64,000 nucleotides of DNA from Haliotis rufescens (taxonomy: Eukaryota): assembly GCF_023055435.1 (NCBI RefSeq), contig NW_025964372.1, positions 50,654,001 to 50,718,000 of the forward strand, written 5' to 3'. The notes beneath the pieces are model-generated. The model was not told where the DNA came from and searched no databases. It saw only the letters and a program-made list of their open reading frames with translations. A program made the position numbers and the translations under genes. Numbering within the stretch: position 1 is the stretch's first letter; every line of letters starts with the position of its first letter. This document shows, one piece after another, positions 25,266 through 39,368 of the stretch.

Positions 25266-25430
25266 CTGAAAAAAATTCACATATCTGTAATTAATGAAAC
25301 TGAAATTATGTAGATACTATTGTACCTGCTTTCATTTACTTAATGCAGGCTCAGTCTCGACGTCATATACACTTTATCAAGAAATCTCGATGCTGTGTTT
25401 TCAATATTGAAATGACCGAATGTTAATAAA

Positions 25431-25558
25431 GTGAGTGAGTGAGTACGGTTTTACGCCGCTTTTAGCAATATTCCAGCAATATCACGGCGGGGAACACCAG
25501 AAATGGGCTTCACACATTGTACCCTTGTCGGGAATCGAACCCGGGTCTTCGGCGTGAC
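25431..25558 (-). mobile_element. SINE family A, truncated
   Basis: Match to family A tail and B box. Confidence 0.8.
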
Positions 25559-25946
25559 TAATTTTAATAAAGAATAAGGACCTATTGGTATTCTTTGTGT
25601 TGATGAGCACAGCCAAGTAATGAACCACGCACAGATGATACTTGTTTGACATCAAACATGAGATATCTGCCGGGTATTCGGTGAGATGCATTTTATTTAA
25701 ACACTGCAGTAAGCAACGCTGCTGTTTTGTTGAACCACTTGTTTCTCATCAAGAGGTTGATATTATGAGTAACAACCCACGCCGTCGGGAAACTTTGGCA
25801 CTCAGACGACCACGTCTCCGAGCCCGACCACCCAATCATCTCTTAAGACAAGCATGACTTGCTGGGACACACTTCTTTCCTGGTATATCATGTCCACAAA
25901 TGTGCTAAACCAATCTTTAAATCAATCAGTGCTACGTTCCACCTAC

Positions 25947-26027
25947 GTCTGTAGTGAGGTCTCAGTTCCTGTTCCTCTGTTCCACGTTGCTCTTTTGTTT
26001 CATTGTGTTTCTGTTTCGGAACTGACG
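25947..26027 (-). CDS. Internal 81-nt exon of the SPRY-like gene (SVPKQKHNETKEQRGTEEQELRPHYR)
   Basis: AG at 26029-26028 and C|GTAGGT donor, phase 1-1, in frame with the exon at 25265. Confidence 0.55.
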
Positions 26028-26158
26028 CTTCACAATATGAAAAGGAAACAATAATGTTGGTTTCGAGAGGCCTCTTCACATTCAAATGTTCATAAAAAGA
26101 TATCACCCCCTCTTTGATAATTGCAAAAAGGGAATAGAAATGGAATGTTTATTTATAC

Positions 26159-26401
26159 TTGCATCATGAGGTGAAACCCCGGAGATCAGTATATCATGGA
26201 GGATCATCTTTGTCTGGGATGCCACATTTGTCGATACTGCTTTGGTAATTCGGGATAAGAAGTGGTCCTCAGCAACCTATGCCTCAATACTGAATCAATA
26301 TATCATTGATCCAATTCCGACGCCACATAAATATAATATAAATATTTTGGTTGGACAAGAATTGTACAGGGACACAGCATCAGGGTTGCATCCCTCATTT
26401 A
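26159..26401 (-). pseudogene. Candidate 243-nt exon with a TM-like segment and two in-frame stops
   Basis: NEGCNPDAVSLYNSCPTKIFILYLCGVGIGSMIY*FSIEA*VAEDHFLSRITKAVSTNVASQTKMILHDILISGVSPHDA. Phase 1-1 fits the next exon, but both splice sites are weak. Confidence 0.4.
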
Positions 26402-29400
26402 CTGGGGATACTTCATCGTGGGCACTACTTTACTGGGATACTCCATCGTGGACACTACTTTACTGGGATACTTCATCACGGACACTACTTTACTGGGATA
26501 CTCCATCGTGGGCACTACTTTACTGGGATACTCCATCGTGGACACTACTTTACTGGGATACTTCATCGTGGACACTACTTTACTGGGATACTTCATCGTG
26601 GACACTACTTTACTGGGGATACTCCATCGTGGACACTACTTTACTGGGATACCCCATCGTGGGCACTACTTTACTGGGATACTCCATCGTGGACTCTACT
26701 TTACAGGGATACTTCATCACGGACACTACTTTACTGGGATACTCCATCGTGGACACTACTTTACTGGGATATTTCATCGTGGACTACTTTACTGGGATAC
26801 TCCATCGTGGACACTACTTTACAGGGATACTTCATCGTGGACACTACTTTACAGGGATACTTCATCGTGGGCACTACTTTACTGGGATACTTCATCACGG
26901 ACACTACTTTACAGGGATACTTCATCACGGACACTACTTTACTGGGATACTTCATCGTGGACATTACTTTACTGAGATACTCCATCGTGGGCACTACTTT
27001 ACTGGGATACTCCATCGTGGACTCTACTTTACTGGGATACTTCATCACGGACACTACTTTACTGGGATACTTCATCGTGGACACTACTTTACTGGGATAC
27101 TCCATCGTGGGCACTACTTTACTGGGATACTCCATCGTGGACTCTACTTTACTGGGATACTTCATCGTGGAAACTACTTTACTGGGATACTTCATCACGG
27201 ACACTACTTTACTGGGATACTCCATCGTGGACACTACTTAACTGGGATAGTTAATCGTGGACACTACTTTACGGGATTACTCCATCGTGGACACTACTTT
27301 ACTGGGATATTTCATCGTGGACTACTTTACTGGGATACTCCATCGTGGACACTACTTTACAGGGATACTTCATCGTGGACACTACTTTACAGGGATACTT
27401 CATCACGGACACTACTTTACTGGGATACTTCATCAGGGACACTACTTTACTGGGATACTTCATCGTGGACACTACTTTACTGGGATACTTCATCGTGGAC
27501 ACTACTTTACTGGGATAGTCCATCGTGGACTCTACTTTACTGGGATACTTCATCACGGACACTACTTTACTGGGATACTTCATCGTGGACACTACTTTAC
27601 TGGGATACTCCATCGTGGGCACTACTTTACTGGGATACTCCATCGTGGACTCTACTTTACTGGGATACTTCATCGTGGACACTACTTTACTGGGATACTT
27701 CATCACGGACACTACTTTACAGGGATACTCCATCGTGGACACTACTTTACTGGGATAGTTAATCGTGGACACTACTTTACTGGAATACTCCATCGTGGAC
27801 ACTACTTTACTGGGATATTTCATCGTGGACTACTTTACTGGCATACTCCATTGTGGACACTACTTTACTGGGATACTCCATCGTGGACACTACTTTACTG
27901 GGATACTCCATCGTGGGCACTACTTTACTGGGATACTCCATCGTGGACTCTACTTTACTGGGATACTTCATCACGGACACTACTTTACTGGGATACTTCA
28001 TCGTGGACACTACTTTACTGGGATACTCCATCGTGGACACTACTTTACTGGAATACTTCATCACGGACACTACTTTACTGGGATACTTCATCGTGGACAC
28101 TACTTTACTGGGATACTTCATCGTGGACACTACTTTACTGGGATAGTCCATCGTGGACTCTACTTTACTGGGATACTTCATCACGGACACTACTTTACTG
28201 GGATACTTCATCGTGGACACTACTTTACTGGGATACTCCATCGTGGGCACTACTTTACTGGGATACTCCATCGTGGACTCTACTTTACTGGGATACTTCA
28301 TCGTGGACACTACTTTACTGGGATACTTCATCACGGACACTACTTTACAGGGATACTCCATCGTGGACACTACTTTACTGGGATAGTTAATCGTGGACAC
28401 TACTTTACTGGAATACTCCATCGTCGACACTACTTTACTGGGATATTTCATCGTGGACTACTTTACTGGCATACTCCATTGTGGACACTACTTTACTGGG
28501 ATACTCCATCGTGGACACTACTTTACTGGGATACTCCATCGTGGGCACTACTTTACTGGGATACTCCATCGTGGACTCTACTTTACTGGGATACTTCATC
28601 ACGGACACTACTTTACTGGGATACTTCATCGTGGACACTACTTTACTGGGATACTCCATCGTGGACACTACTTTACTGGAATACTTCATCACGGACACTA
28701 CTTTACTGGGATACTTCATCGTGGAGACTACTTTACTGGGATACTCTATCGTGGGCACTACTTTACTGGGATACTCCATCGTGGACACTACTTTACTGGA
28801 ATACCTCATCATGGACACTACTTTACTGGAATACTTCATCACGGACACTACTTTACGGGAATACTCCATCGTGGACACTACTTTACTGGGATAGTTCATC
28901 GTGGACACTACTTTACGGGAATACTCCATCGTAGACACTACTTTACTGGGATATTTCATCGTGGACTACTTTCCTGGGATACTCCATCGTGGACACTACT
29001 TTACAGGGATACTTCATCGTGGACACTACTTTACAGGGATACTTCATCGAGGACACTACTTTACTGGGATACTCCATCGTGTACACTACTTTACTGGAAT
29101 ACTCCATCGTGGACACTACTTTACTGGGATACTTCATCGTGGACACTACTTTACTGGGGATACTCCATCGTGGACACTACTTTACTGGGATACTTCATCA
29201 TGGACACTACTTTACTGGGGATACTCCATCGTGGACACTACATTACTCGGATACTCCATCGTTGACACAACTTTACTGGGATACTCCATCGTGGACACTA
29301 CTTTACTGGGATACTTCATCGTGGACACTACTTTACTGGAATACCTCATCACGGACACTACTTTACTCAGATACTCCATTGTTGACACAACTTTACTTGG

Positions 29401-31066
29401 ATACTCCATCGTGGACACTACTTTACTGGGATACTCCATCGTGGACACTACTTTAGTGTGATACATCATCGTGGACACTACTTTACTGGGACACTTCATC
29501 ACAGACACTACTTTACTGGGATACTCCATCGTGGACACTACTTTACTGGGATACTTAATCGTGGACACTACTTTACTGAGATACTTCATCACGGACACTA
29601 CTTTAGTGAGTACTCCAACGTGGACACTACTTTACTGGGATACTCCATCGTGGACACTACTTTACTGGGATACTCCATCGTGGACACAACTTTACTGGGA
29701 TACTCCATCGTGGACACAACTTTACTGGGATACTTCATCGTGGACACTACTTTACTAGGATACTTCATCGTGGACACTACTTTACTGAGATACTTCATCA
29801 CGGACACTACTTTACTGGGATACTTAATCGTGGACACTACTTTAGTGGGATACTTCATCGTGGACACTACTTTACTGGGATACTTCATCGTGGACACAAC
29901 TTTACTGGGATACTTCATCGTGGACACTACTTTACTAGGATACTTCATCGTGGACACTACTTTACCGAGATACTTCATCACGGACACTACTTTACTGGGA
30001 TACTTAATCGTGGACACTACTTTACTAGGATACTTCATCGTGGACACTACTTTAGTGGGATACTTCATCGTGGACACTACTTTACAGCGACACTTCATCA
30101 CGGACACTACTTTACTGGGATACTCCATCGTGGACACTACTTTACTGGGATACTTCATCAAGGACACTAATTTACTGAGATACTTCATCATGGACACTAC
30201 TTTACTGGGACACTTCATCACGGACACTACTTTACTGAGATACTTCATCGTGGACACTACTTTACTGGGACACTTCATCACGGACACTACTTTACTGAGA
30301 TACTTCATCGTGGACACTACTTTACAGGGATACTTCATCAAGGACACTAATTTACTTGGATACTCCATCGTGGACACTACTTTACTGGGATACTTCATCG
30401 TGGACACTACTTTAGTGGGATACTTCATCGTGGACACTACTTTACTGGGATACTCCATCGTGGACACTACTTTACTGGGATACTCCATCGTGGACACTAT
30501 TTTACTGGGATACTTCATCGTGGGTACTTCTTTACTGGGATACTTCATCGTGGGCACTACTTTACGGAGATACTTCATCGTGGACACTACTTTACTGGGA
30601 TACTTCATCACGGACACTACTTTACTCTGATACTCCATCGTAGACAATACTTTACGGAGATACTCCATCGTAGACACTAATTTACTGCGATACTTCATCG
30701 TGGACACTACTTTACTGGGATACTTCATCGTGGACACTTCTTTACTGCGATACTTCATCGTGGACACTACTTTACTGGGATACTCCATCGTGGACACTAC
30801 TTTACTGGAATACTTCATCGTGGACACTACTTTACTGGAATACTCCATCGTGGACACTACTTTACTGGGATAATCCGTGGACACCACATTACTGGGATAC
30901 CCCATCGTGGACACTACTTTACTGGGATACCCCATCGTGGACACCACATTACTGGGATACTTCATCGTGGCCACTCCTTTACTGGGATACCCCATCGCGG
31001 ACACTACTTTACTGGGATAATCCGTGGACACCACATTACTGGGATACCCCATCGTGGACACTAGTT
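26398..31066. repeat. 30-bp tandem array, ~155 copies, with higher-order blocks (508 and 628 bp)
   Basis: Unit tactgggatacttcatcgtggacactactt. The gttaatcgtgg variant recurs near 27257, 27765 and 28393, with 28-bp variant units nearby. Confidence 0.95.
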
Positions 31067-31864
31067 TGCTTTGAATCTCCATTGTGTAGATATGCTTATA
31101 AAAGAAATGCATTGAAGAAAAACATTCTCGAAATTGAATGTATCATGCTGCGTGTGGAGAGTATGTAAGAAGGTATTCCAGTTATTATGTTGGCGCTTGA
31201 TTGGTAAGTATCAATTGTTTCCATTTACAATATTGCGCTTATCAATGTCCAGTTTTGTCGTTTTAGGGTCCGAAGTCTAACGCCGTATTTCAGCTGGTCC
31301 GGCAGCATGCAAATAATCCAGTCTGAGCCAGACAAAACAGGGATTGATATTGATATAAACAGCGTATGAAACACCCAATCAACGCTTTCCATGATTAGCC
31401 AAGAAATAAAATGTATTAAATGAAATCAAACTAACAAATGACCGAATTTGAAAATAGATAAGTTAGGCAGCACTGCATACAACTCGTGATAAACAACGAC
31501 TTCACTCCTAACAAATACAAACAGCGGTACCCTAGCTCACCTTATGTAGGTTACATATTTTAGATTTTGTAGGGAATCAATGTTGGACTATTTGTACGGC
31601 CACGGCTTCAAAATATACAACTGTGTTCGGATCCACAGCGTATGTTCCACACATTCAAAGGACAACCCCTGGAGCATGTTGTTCTTGGGCAATATCTTAT
31701 TTGGGTATTTTCCTGGAAGAAAAGATTTTTGAATTTGTTTTTCAATTTCATCCAATTCCTTGCACTAATATTCATATCAAGGAAGTATTCTGTGTGATTA
31801 TCATCACGGGTCATGGTAAGATATGATCAGTAGCCATCTATAACACGCCTTTGTTGAGCAGTGG

Positions 31865-32150
31865 TGAGTGAGTGAGTGTGTGAGTTGGGTTTAACGCCGC
31901 TTTGAACAGTATTCCAGTTATATCGCGGCGTCTCAGCTTAATGTGGAAGGAAAGCCTGAAGTGATGCAGGTCTCAGACGTTTACCACTTCGGTGAAACCC
32001 ACGAGCACGGGTATGGTGCTGACAAACCTAGAAACATAATCGGGGCGAACCGGGATTCGAACCCACAATCATAGGTTTCTGGCGTGCCCAAGGGACGCAA
32101 CTCTGCACAGCGAATCGCGGCGCCTTAGACGACTGGGCCACCCGTGCCCC
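31865..32150 (-). mobile_element. tRNA-derived SINE, family D
   Basis: Reverse B box (ggattcgaaccc) and (GAGT)n tail. Related copies at ~55775-55997 and 57530-57775. Confidence 0.7.
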
Positions 32151-32949
32151 CTGAGCAATGGTGAATGTACTTCAAATTGTGTTCGAACGTCCTGATGAGG
32201 AATACCATTCAACTATATACAAGCATTTGTCTTTGTTTGTATTACCGATGAAGTATGTTGCCATGGTATGCATGGTCTCCAGATCCCGGTATGATACACA
32301 CCGTCTATGTTTACTCGTATTTGATATATAATTCATCATTTAGAAAACGATCTGGCTGAAGTGAGAAAAGAAGTCGACAGAAGCCAGTTCAAACATGTTT
32401 CTGGTTTTCATTACTTTTTTCAAAGGTGAATATGTCGCGAGGGTAGGTTACAATTCAATAGAAGTAAATTTGACTCTCTATATATTTGGACATTTTTTAA
32501 GAAAATATTTTCAAAGAATATTGAAGTCAGCTCATATGAATTAGAAAACCAACAATAATAACTTCACACGCAGCTTTTTTTAATCATTAACAAAGAAAAT
32601 GTAGACAGCGGAACAGTAAGACAATAAAATCGACAAAACCTTTTCCATGTCCATAAGAAATCTCTAAAAGCAGATTGGATTGTACGATTCCGCCTATATG
32701 CTGATTATGTGTTTATGAATCACTATCAAATAGTTATGATACAAGGCTTCTCGATTATAGGCCATTAGTGGGCGTGGCCTAATTTTGTTGCTTAACCATC
32801 CAATCAAAGGCTAGACTGGAAACTTAATATATTCAGCCAGTATCCCTGCGACTTGAAGAATGATAATATCCATGGTAACCAAGGCTAGGGTCACCTGTGA
32901 ATCTGACACACTATCATATTTAACTATACGTAAAATCGCGTGTACAAAA

Positions 32950-35900
32950 TAGTAGAGTCATATCCCTGGAATCCGTGACCACTTTGTTCCTACCTTTTTT
33001 TAACGATAGACCTGTTTAACTGGCATGTTTAACTAAAAAATTAGCCCCCTATGACCCTCTGGAAAATGACGGCTAACTCTGCCAGAACGCAAAATTCAAA
33101 ATGGCCGTCGGCGCCATTTTAAATAGCATGAAATAGTCTATCTCTGGAAGAATATCAGCCACAGACACATATAAGGTGTCTAATTCCACTAATTTGAACA
33201 TGATAAATCCATTGGAATCGTTATTATTTACATTAGAAGCAATTCTGATCTTGAATTCCAAGATGGCCGCCAGCTGCCATCATGAAAAACAGAACATATC
33301 ATATCTCGAATACTAGATGGGCTACAAGAACAGATGAGGTGTCTTATCTAACTAATTTTAACATGATACAACTATTGGAATGGTTAATTTTATCCTCGGG
33401 ATCATATTTATCTCAATATTCAAAATGGTCACCAACAATGCAGGATATAAGGTATACTCAACTACAAAAGAAACGCACATGCCGGATAAGTTTGAAGGGT
33501 TATATCTTGGAAACTATATGAGCTTAAAAGATATTTTTGTAGGTGATAAAAGCTTAAATGTTGAATTTAACAAATCTATTAGTAACGACCAAAGTGGATC
33601 ATGCTAAAGTATTAAACATTAATTGTGCGGGTTTTTTTAGTAATGCGTGTCTTTAGCAGTTGGGTATAGTATTGTCATACCTTAAGTAATGATTAACCGA
33701 TTGTAATGATCTTAATATGAATTTTAATGCACATAATTGTATATGCCCTATCTATCTGTCATCTTCATCCAATACCCGCGTTATGTGATATTGGTCAATA
33801 TCTAAGGATTGGGGGAAATTATCTGTTTGACCTCAACAATTTGTTTGAAGCGCAACATCAATGACCTAAAACTGATTTTGAATGTTAGAGCAAATAACTT
33901 AATGCTAATAAATTCTGCAAAGGATATATTATTTTCAGATGCCAAGGAACATTTTGCTATATTTGATTCGGTATCAGGTGCCTATTAGTCACTGCATTGT
34001 AGTAATAGATCTAAATAAAGCTTCAGTAGTGCTAATAGTGACCATAAGGATACCACTGATGAAAGCGCTCAGCATCTTCAGCAGGTGAACCTCTGAGAAG
34101 CACAGAGTATTTTCTTCAATCATGTCCATCAAGTAATGTTCAAAGATCATGAATTCCTTACCGTACAAAGTCTCCTGAATGATTACAAAGGCATCATCTC
34201 AAATTTTGGGCATAGTTCAAGAGTTAAATCAAGCTACTTCAAGAACTTCTGATCAAAGAATTTGGTGAAAGCATCGGGTTTCGTCAACGCAATCAGAAGA
34301 ACTGGTCTATGATCACACCACAGCAGGAGGAACATATGTTGAGGCTGCAATATATTCACTTGGTGTCAGCAATGATCAGCTAGCTATGAATGTTGCAGCA
34401 CGACTCAAGGAGCAAGTCATGAGCATTAACACTGACCCCTGGCCTGCATACATCCATGAATTGGAGAGAGAAGAAGCATCCAAAGATGGCTGTCATTGAT
34501 GATTGTCCAACTGTCCGTTCAATTGCTTCTGTCATCACAAGTTACATCACCAGAAAACACACTGCATTTGAGACGAATATGTCAGTCAAGCTACATGGAC
34601 TGACAAAAAGTAGGGAGATCGTTGATGTAATGCACAAAGGTTTGTACATCAGCTACAATGATGTTCTTATGCTGCGGGATTTCTGGGTAGCGACTGACCT
34701 AAAGCATTCATTGAATTGTCCTTTCGAGCTTTCTTAAGGCAAACCTGCTGTGGCTATCGTAGACAATGATGACTTCAAGAGTGACACACTCACTGGTGCT
34801 GATCAACCTCACTGCACTAACGTGTTGTTTGTTCAACCAGAATCTTTTGATTCGGAACCGTTTGAGAGTCATGAAACCCGTCCAGTTCCCAGTGCAAAAC
34901 TGGCCTCATCTCTCTCTGCCTCTCTCAAGGAACTTGGAAGATTGATCCATACAAGACAGTTAAGCGTGACGAGCCACCCATAAGGACCGAGACAGAAAAC
35001 AACAGTATTCTTTTGGACACATCTACTCAGAGGACACGTGGTGTTATTCATGCACTGTCCAGGGCCCAAGATGACCTCTCAAGACCAAAGCCAGAAGAAC
35101 AGCAAGTGCCTGGTTAAAAAGGGTTTCATGCTAACATGTCACAACCATGTCAAGAGCCGCGCAATATACCACATGACATATTCTGACCCTCCTAGTATGA
35201 CCATCCTCTATGATGTGATGTGCAAACGTCAATTAATGAAAAAAGATGCCTTTCGCAATAATTGTAGGTGATTATCCGGTCTACTTGCTCTTGCTGGAGT
35301 TGAAAATTGAGCAGGCGGTTCAGTTCAGCAAAATTTTGCCATTCATGTCACCCTTTCACATCCAAATGTCATTCATCTATGCAATTTACAAGAGGTTTAA
35401 GGGTTCAGGTATTTCTGATGTGTTAGTGGCAGCAGGTGTATTTGCAGAAGGGTCTGTAGATCAAGCACTCCGAGGAAAACACTTTACCTTAATTCCTTTA
35501 TTTTCGAAAGATTGGTTTAATAAACTGGAGAAGCCTGTGAGTAAGTGATGGTCATTCAATGTGTTCATAGTTTATTTAATTCAATTGGATTAACATACAA
35601 TAGTGGTATAAAGGGGGGTATAAAAGTTGGTATTTTATACTGACTGACATTCTCATCGCGAGTTTGAAACGAAAACGCCATGCTTACGATGCTGAATTCA
35701 AACTGCGAGTCTTCGCTCTGGCTGATATATTTTCTCACGGGATCATAATTCTAGATACACCGATTCACAAAATGGCGCTTCGTTGTTGATGGCAACATAT
35801 AACGATCATTATGAGATTAAAAAAAGACAAGAGAAACAGCTTCCCACATTATGAAAGTGGATGACTGGTTTGTTAAATCTTTATTAGAAATAATAATGAC

Positions 35901-37361
35901 TTTTTCAATATAATTACAACGTTTTTCATCTGATATATTTGAATATCTGCGAGTACCGGCACATGTCTTGCAGTCCGACTTCGCAGTGTTTTTTGCCTTT
36001 CATTTCCTGGTTCATTATCTGTGGGTCATATCATTTTCTTTCGTATTTCAATGGTCAAGTTAACACCTCGGCTTATCTACGGGATCGGCTTATCCGCGGT
36101 CATATACGGTAAGCGTGGTGTACAATGTCTGTACCTCTTCTATGAAACAATGGTCCATATGTTGCTAAAAAAAACAACTGATGTGTATCAAAAAGAAACA
36201 CCAACTGATCTCTGCTTGATGCTTGTGTGACGAGGAAAAGGCAGAATGCATTATACCAATTCATGTGCTTACTGGACGTGACCATAACTCTGGTTTCTAT
36301 GGGATTGGCAAGAAGAGTATTGTACATCGCACCCAGCATCCTGAAGAAGCACAGAGCCTGCTAACAAGTTGTGGTAGAGAACTTCCTGTCACACAAGATA
36401 AGAACTTGGAACGATTTGTAATTCGTTATGTCTATTGTGATTCCAAAAGTGCAAGTTTGGGAGACGTCAGGGCATCCAAGTGGAGAGAACAAAAGAAAAA
36501 AACACCACCAGACTTGCACGTGATTCGGACAGTCTCCGCCATCACTTGGAACGGGCAAACTACTTGGCATATTTGCACCCCTCTCCAATAGGTCATGGTT
36601 GGCATTGTGATCCTGGGCTTTACCTGCCTGATCGTCACACACCCCGCTTTACCTTCAACAATTACCTTTCCTGCAATCTCACCAGCAGACGATAATGACA
36701 GTGATCTATCTAGTGATTCTGATGACGGCAGTGATGAGAGCTCATGCAATGACTCATGTAGTGAATAAGTGTAAGGAGTTTCCAAAGCATCTTTTTACTT
36801 GTGTTCTGTAGTTCTTAGTACAGTATTACCTACTCATATAATTATAAGTATTTCAAACACCCAAATAATTTCATGTATGGTGACCATTTTGAATATTGAG
36901 ATAAATATGATCCCGAGGATAAAATTAACCATTCCAATAGTTGTATCATGTTAAAATTAGTTAGATAAGACACCTCATCTGTTCTTGTAGCCCATCTAGT
37001 ATTCGAGATATGATATGTTCTGTTTTTCATGATGGCAGCCGGCGGCCATCTTGGAATTCAAGGTCAGAATTGCTTCTAATATAAATAATAACGATTCCAA
37101 TGGATTTATCATGTTCAAATTAGTGGAATTAGACACCTTATATGTGTCTGTGGCTGATATTCTTCCAGAGATAGACTATTTCATGCTATTAAAAATGGCG
37201 CCGACGGCCATTTTGAATTTTGCGTTCTGGCAGAGTTAGCCGTCTTTTTCCAGAGGGTCATAGGGGGCTAATTTTTTAGTTAAACATGCCAGTTAAACAG
37301 GTCCATCGTAAAAAAAGGTAGGAACAAGGTGGTCACGGATTCCAGGGATATGACTCTACTA
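32950..37361 (+). mobile_element. Academ-like DNA transposon with degenerate transposase/XPG-like coding region
   Basis: ~485-bp near-perfect TIRs (32950-33434 / 36878-37361), termini TAGTAG..CTACTA, 3-bp TSD AAA. Frameshifted fragments AIVDNDDF, GDYPVY..PFHIQMSF..GSG..L..AG..GSVDQALRGKH and HVLTGRDHNSGFYGIGKK. Confidence 0.85.
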
Positions 37362-37789
37362 AAAGGAGGAAATCGACGAAAAAACAAAACATGCTCAAAA
37401 AAGGTCGTTTCATAACAGTTCTTAAACTTGTCGGGGCAATGTGTGAGACGTGTTGGTCATGACAGACAGGGACTGTATTTCAACAAGTCTAACCTTGCGT
37501 CCACGAATGCGTTGCGGTCGAGCCTTCCTCCACCTTGTTTGAGCTGTATGCCGTTCTTCTAGCGATACACACACTTCGTTTGAGATGAAATGCAAGTTGA
37601 GATAATGTCTTCTCTCCCGAGTTTAGCGCAAGGGGCAACAGGGTTGACAAAGAAGTCAAGTTTGACGCTGTCATATTCCCACAGATGATGTTTGTAACTA
37701 TGACAACATGGTTCAGAATCATCCTGAATATAAAACAAATCTGTGCTAAGGAAATATTTTTAGGTGAGTTAGATGAGTAACAATTGTTT

Positions 37790-39065
37790 TACACTCTTTA
37801 AAAAGTGAAACGCACTGGTAGATTTTTAGTAAATTTATTGTACCTAAGAAAGTCGATATGTTTATTTAATATCATAGATACAAATATGAAATTTGAAGCT
37901 CGATAGTCTCATGTTGTCGTTGTACAATGGCATTGAAAACTGTTCATTGTCATGTTGGGTTCGATCCCCGGCCGCGTCATACCAAAAGACGTTAAAAGAG
38001 GGTACATTGTCATGTCAGATAAGGCCACAAGGTTGCGCTGAACTCAGTATCTCGTGTGACCGCCCCGGGCAGCAATCACGGCTCTGCATCTCCTCGGCAC
38101 TGACTGGATAAGTGTACGAATACTGTCCTGCGGAATTCTGCGCCATTCTGCTTGTAACGCGTTGGACATTTAAGGGAGTGTTCTGACGTTGAGGGGTTCG
38201 ATTGGGTTGAGATCTGGGGATCTCGACGGCCAGGGCAAGCCGTTGATAGTGGAATTATGAAGGTAGTCTACCGTGACACGAGCTGTGTGTGGTTGAGCGT
38301 TGTCCTGTTGAAACAGCTCCCTCTGGTGGTCAATGATTGGAAGAAGGTGAGGTTGAAGAATTTGGTTCATATAGGATATGGCCCCCACACCATGACACTA
38401 ACGCCACCGAAATTGTCGAATTCACGTACACAATGTGGGACAAAAGGCTCATTTCGACGACGATAAACACGTTTTCTTCCATCCCCCCGCTGAAGAAAAA
38501 ATGGTGATTCATCGCTAAACCACAATCGTCTCCAGTTTCTCAAATTCCAAGGATGTAAGGTATGGCACCAACGCAAGCGTCGCTGTCGATGGATCTGTTG
38601 CATAACAAGGAAAATAACTAGTCTTCTGGGTCAGATTCCAGCCCCGTGGAGATGTTTCTGACATTGTGGTCCGACATCCTCCTCAAACCAGGGAAGCGTC
38701 CTGCAGTCTGCGTAGCTGTGGCACTGCAGTGACGTAGGTGGAACAGTGGAGAGTAACGATCCTGTGCAGGGGGGGTAACTCTTGGTCGGTCGGTTTTTGG
38801 ACGGTCTGCAGTGGAACTGAGCTCTGTGTATCCGTCCCAAAGGCGGCAAATGGTGCTGTAGTGCTTATGTTTTCCTCCATGACATTTTTTAAGAAGTCTG
38901 AAAACAATGCCGTTCAGACATTGCAAATCGACAACAGCTGCGTTTTGACGCACCGTTTGTCAAATATCAGGCCACCAACATTTTCTAATAACATATATCC
39001 AATTTTGTGCAGTCAGGTTCAGTGAACTAAATACTACCTGTGCGTTTCTCTTTTTGAAGAGCATA
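37790..39065 (-). mobile_element. Degenerate Tc1/mariner transposon
   Basis: Fragments WFSDES, GVSVMVWG, FQQDNAQPH, WPSRSPDLNPIE. Imperfect 25-bp TIRs tacactctttaaaaagtgaaacgca / tgcgtttctctttttgaagagcata. Confidence 0.85.
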
Positions 39066-39197
39066 AAACGTGTGATAGTCGCAGATTAAATACACGCTTA
39101 AACAGTCATGATACTTAGTTATGCGAGCTAACCAAGTTATTAAATGAATCAATAAAGGAAGAGGTGGACATTATTTTGTGGGTTCCTACCTTTCCCA

Positions 39198-39368
39198 GTG
39201 AGTGAGTGAGTGAGTGAGTGAGTGAGTGAGTCAGGCTTTACGGCGCCTTTACCAATATTTCAGCAATATCACAGCGTGGACATCCGAAATGTACATTGTA
39301 CCCTTCTTGGGAATCGAACCCGGGGCATCGGCGTGGCGAGCGAACATTTTAACCGCTAGGCTACCCCA
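39198..39368 (-). mobile_element. SINE family A copy
   Basis: (GAGT)n tail and reverse B box. Confidence 0.75.

Noticed and set aside
31541-31712. 172-nt minus-strand segment with strong splice sites
   Set aside because: Stops in all three frames. It may be a UTR or pseudo-exon of the SPRY-like gene, but cannot be supported.
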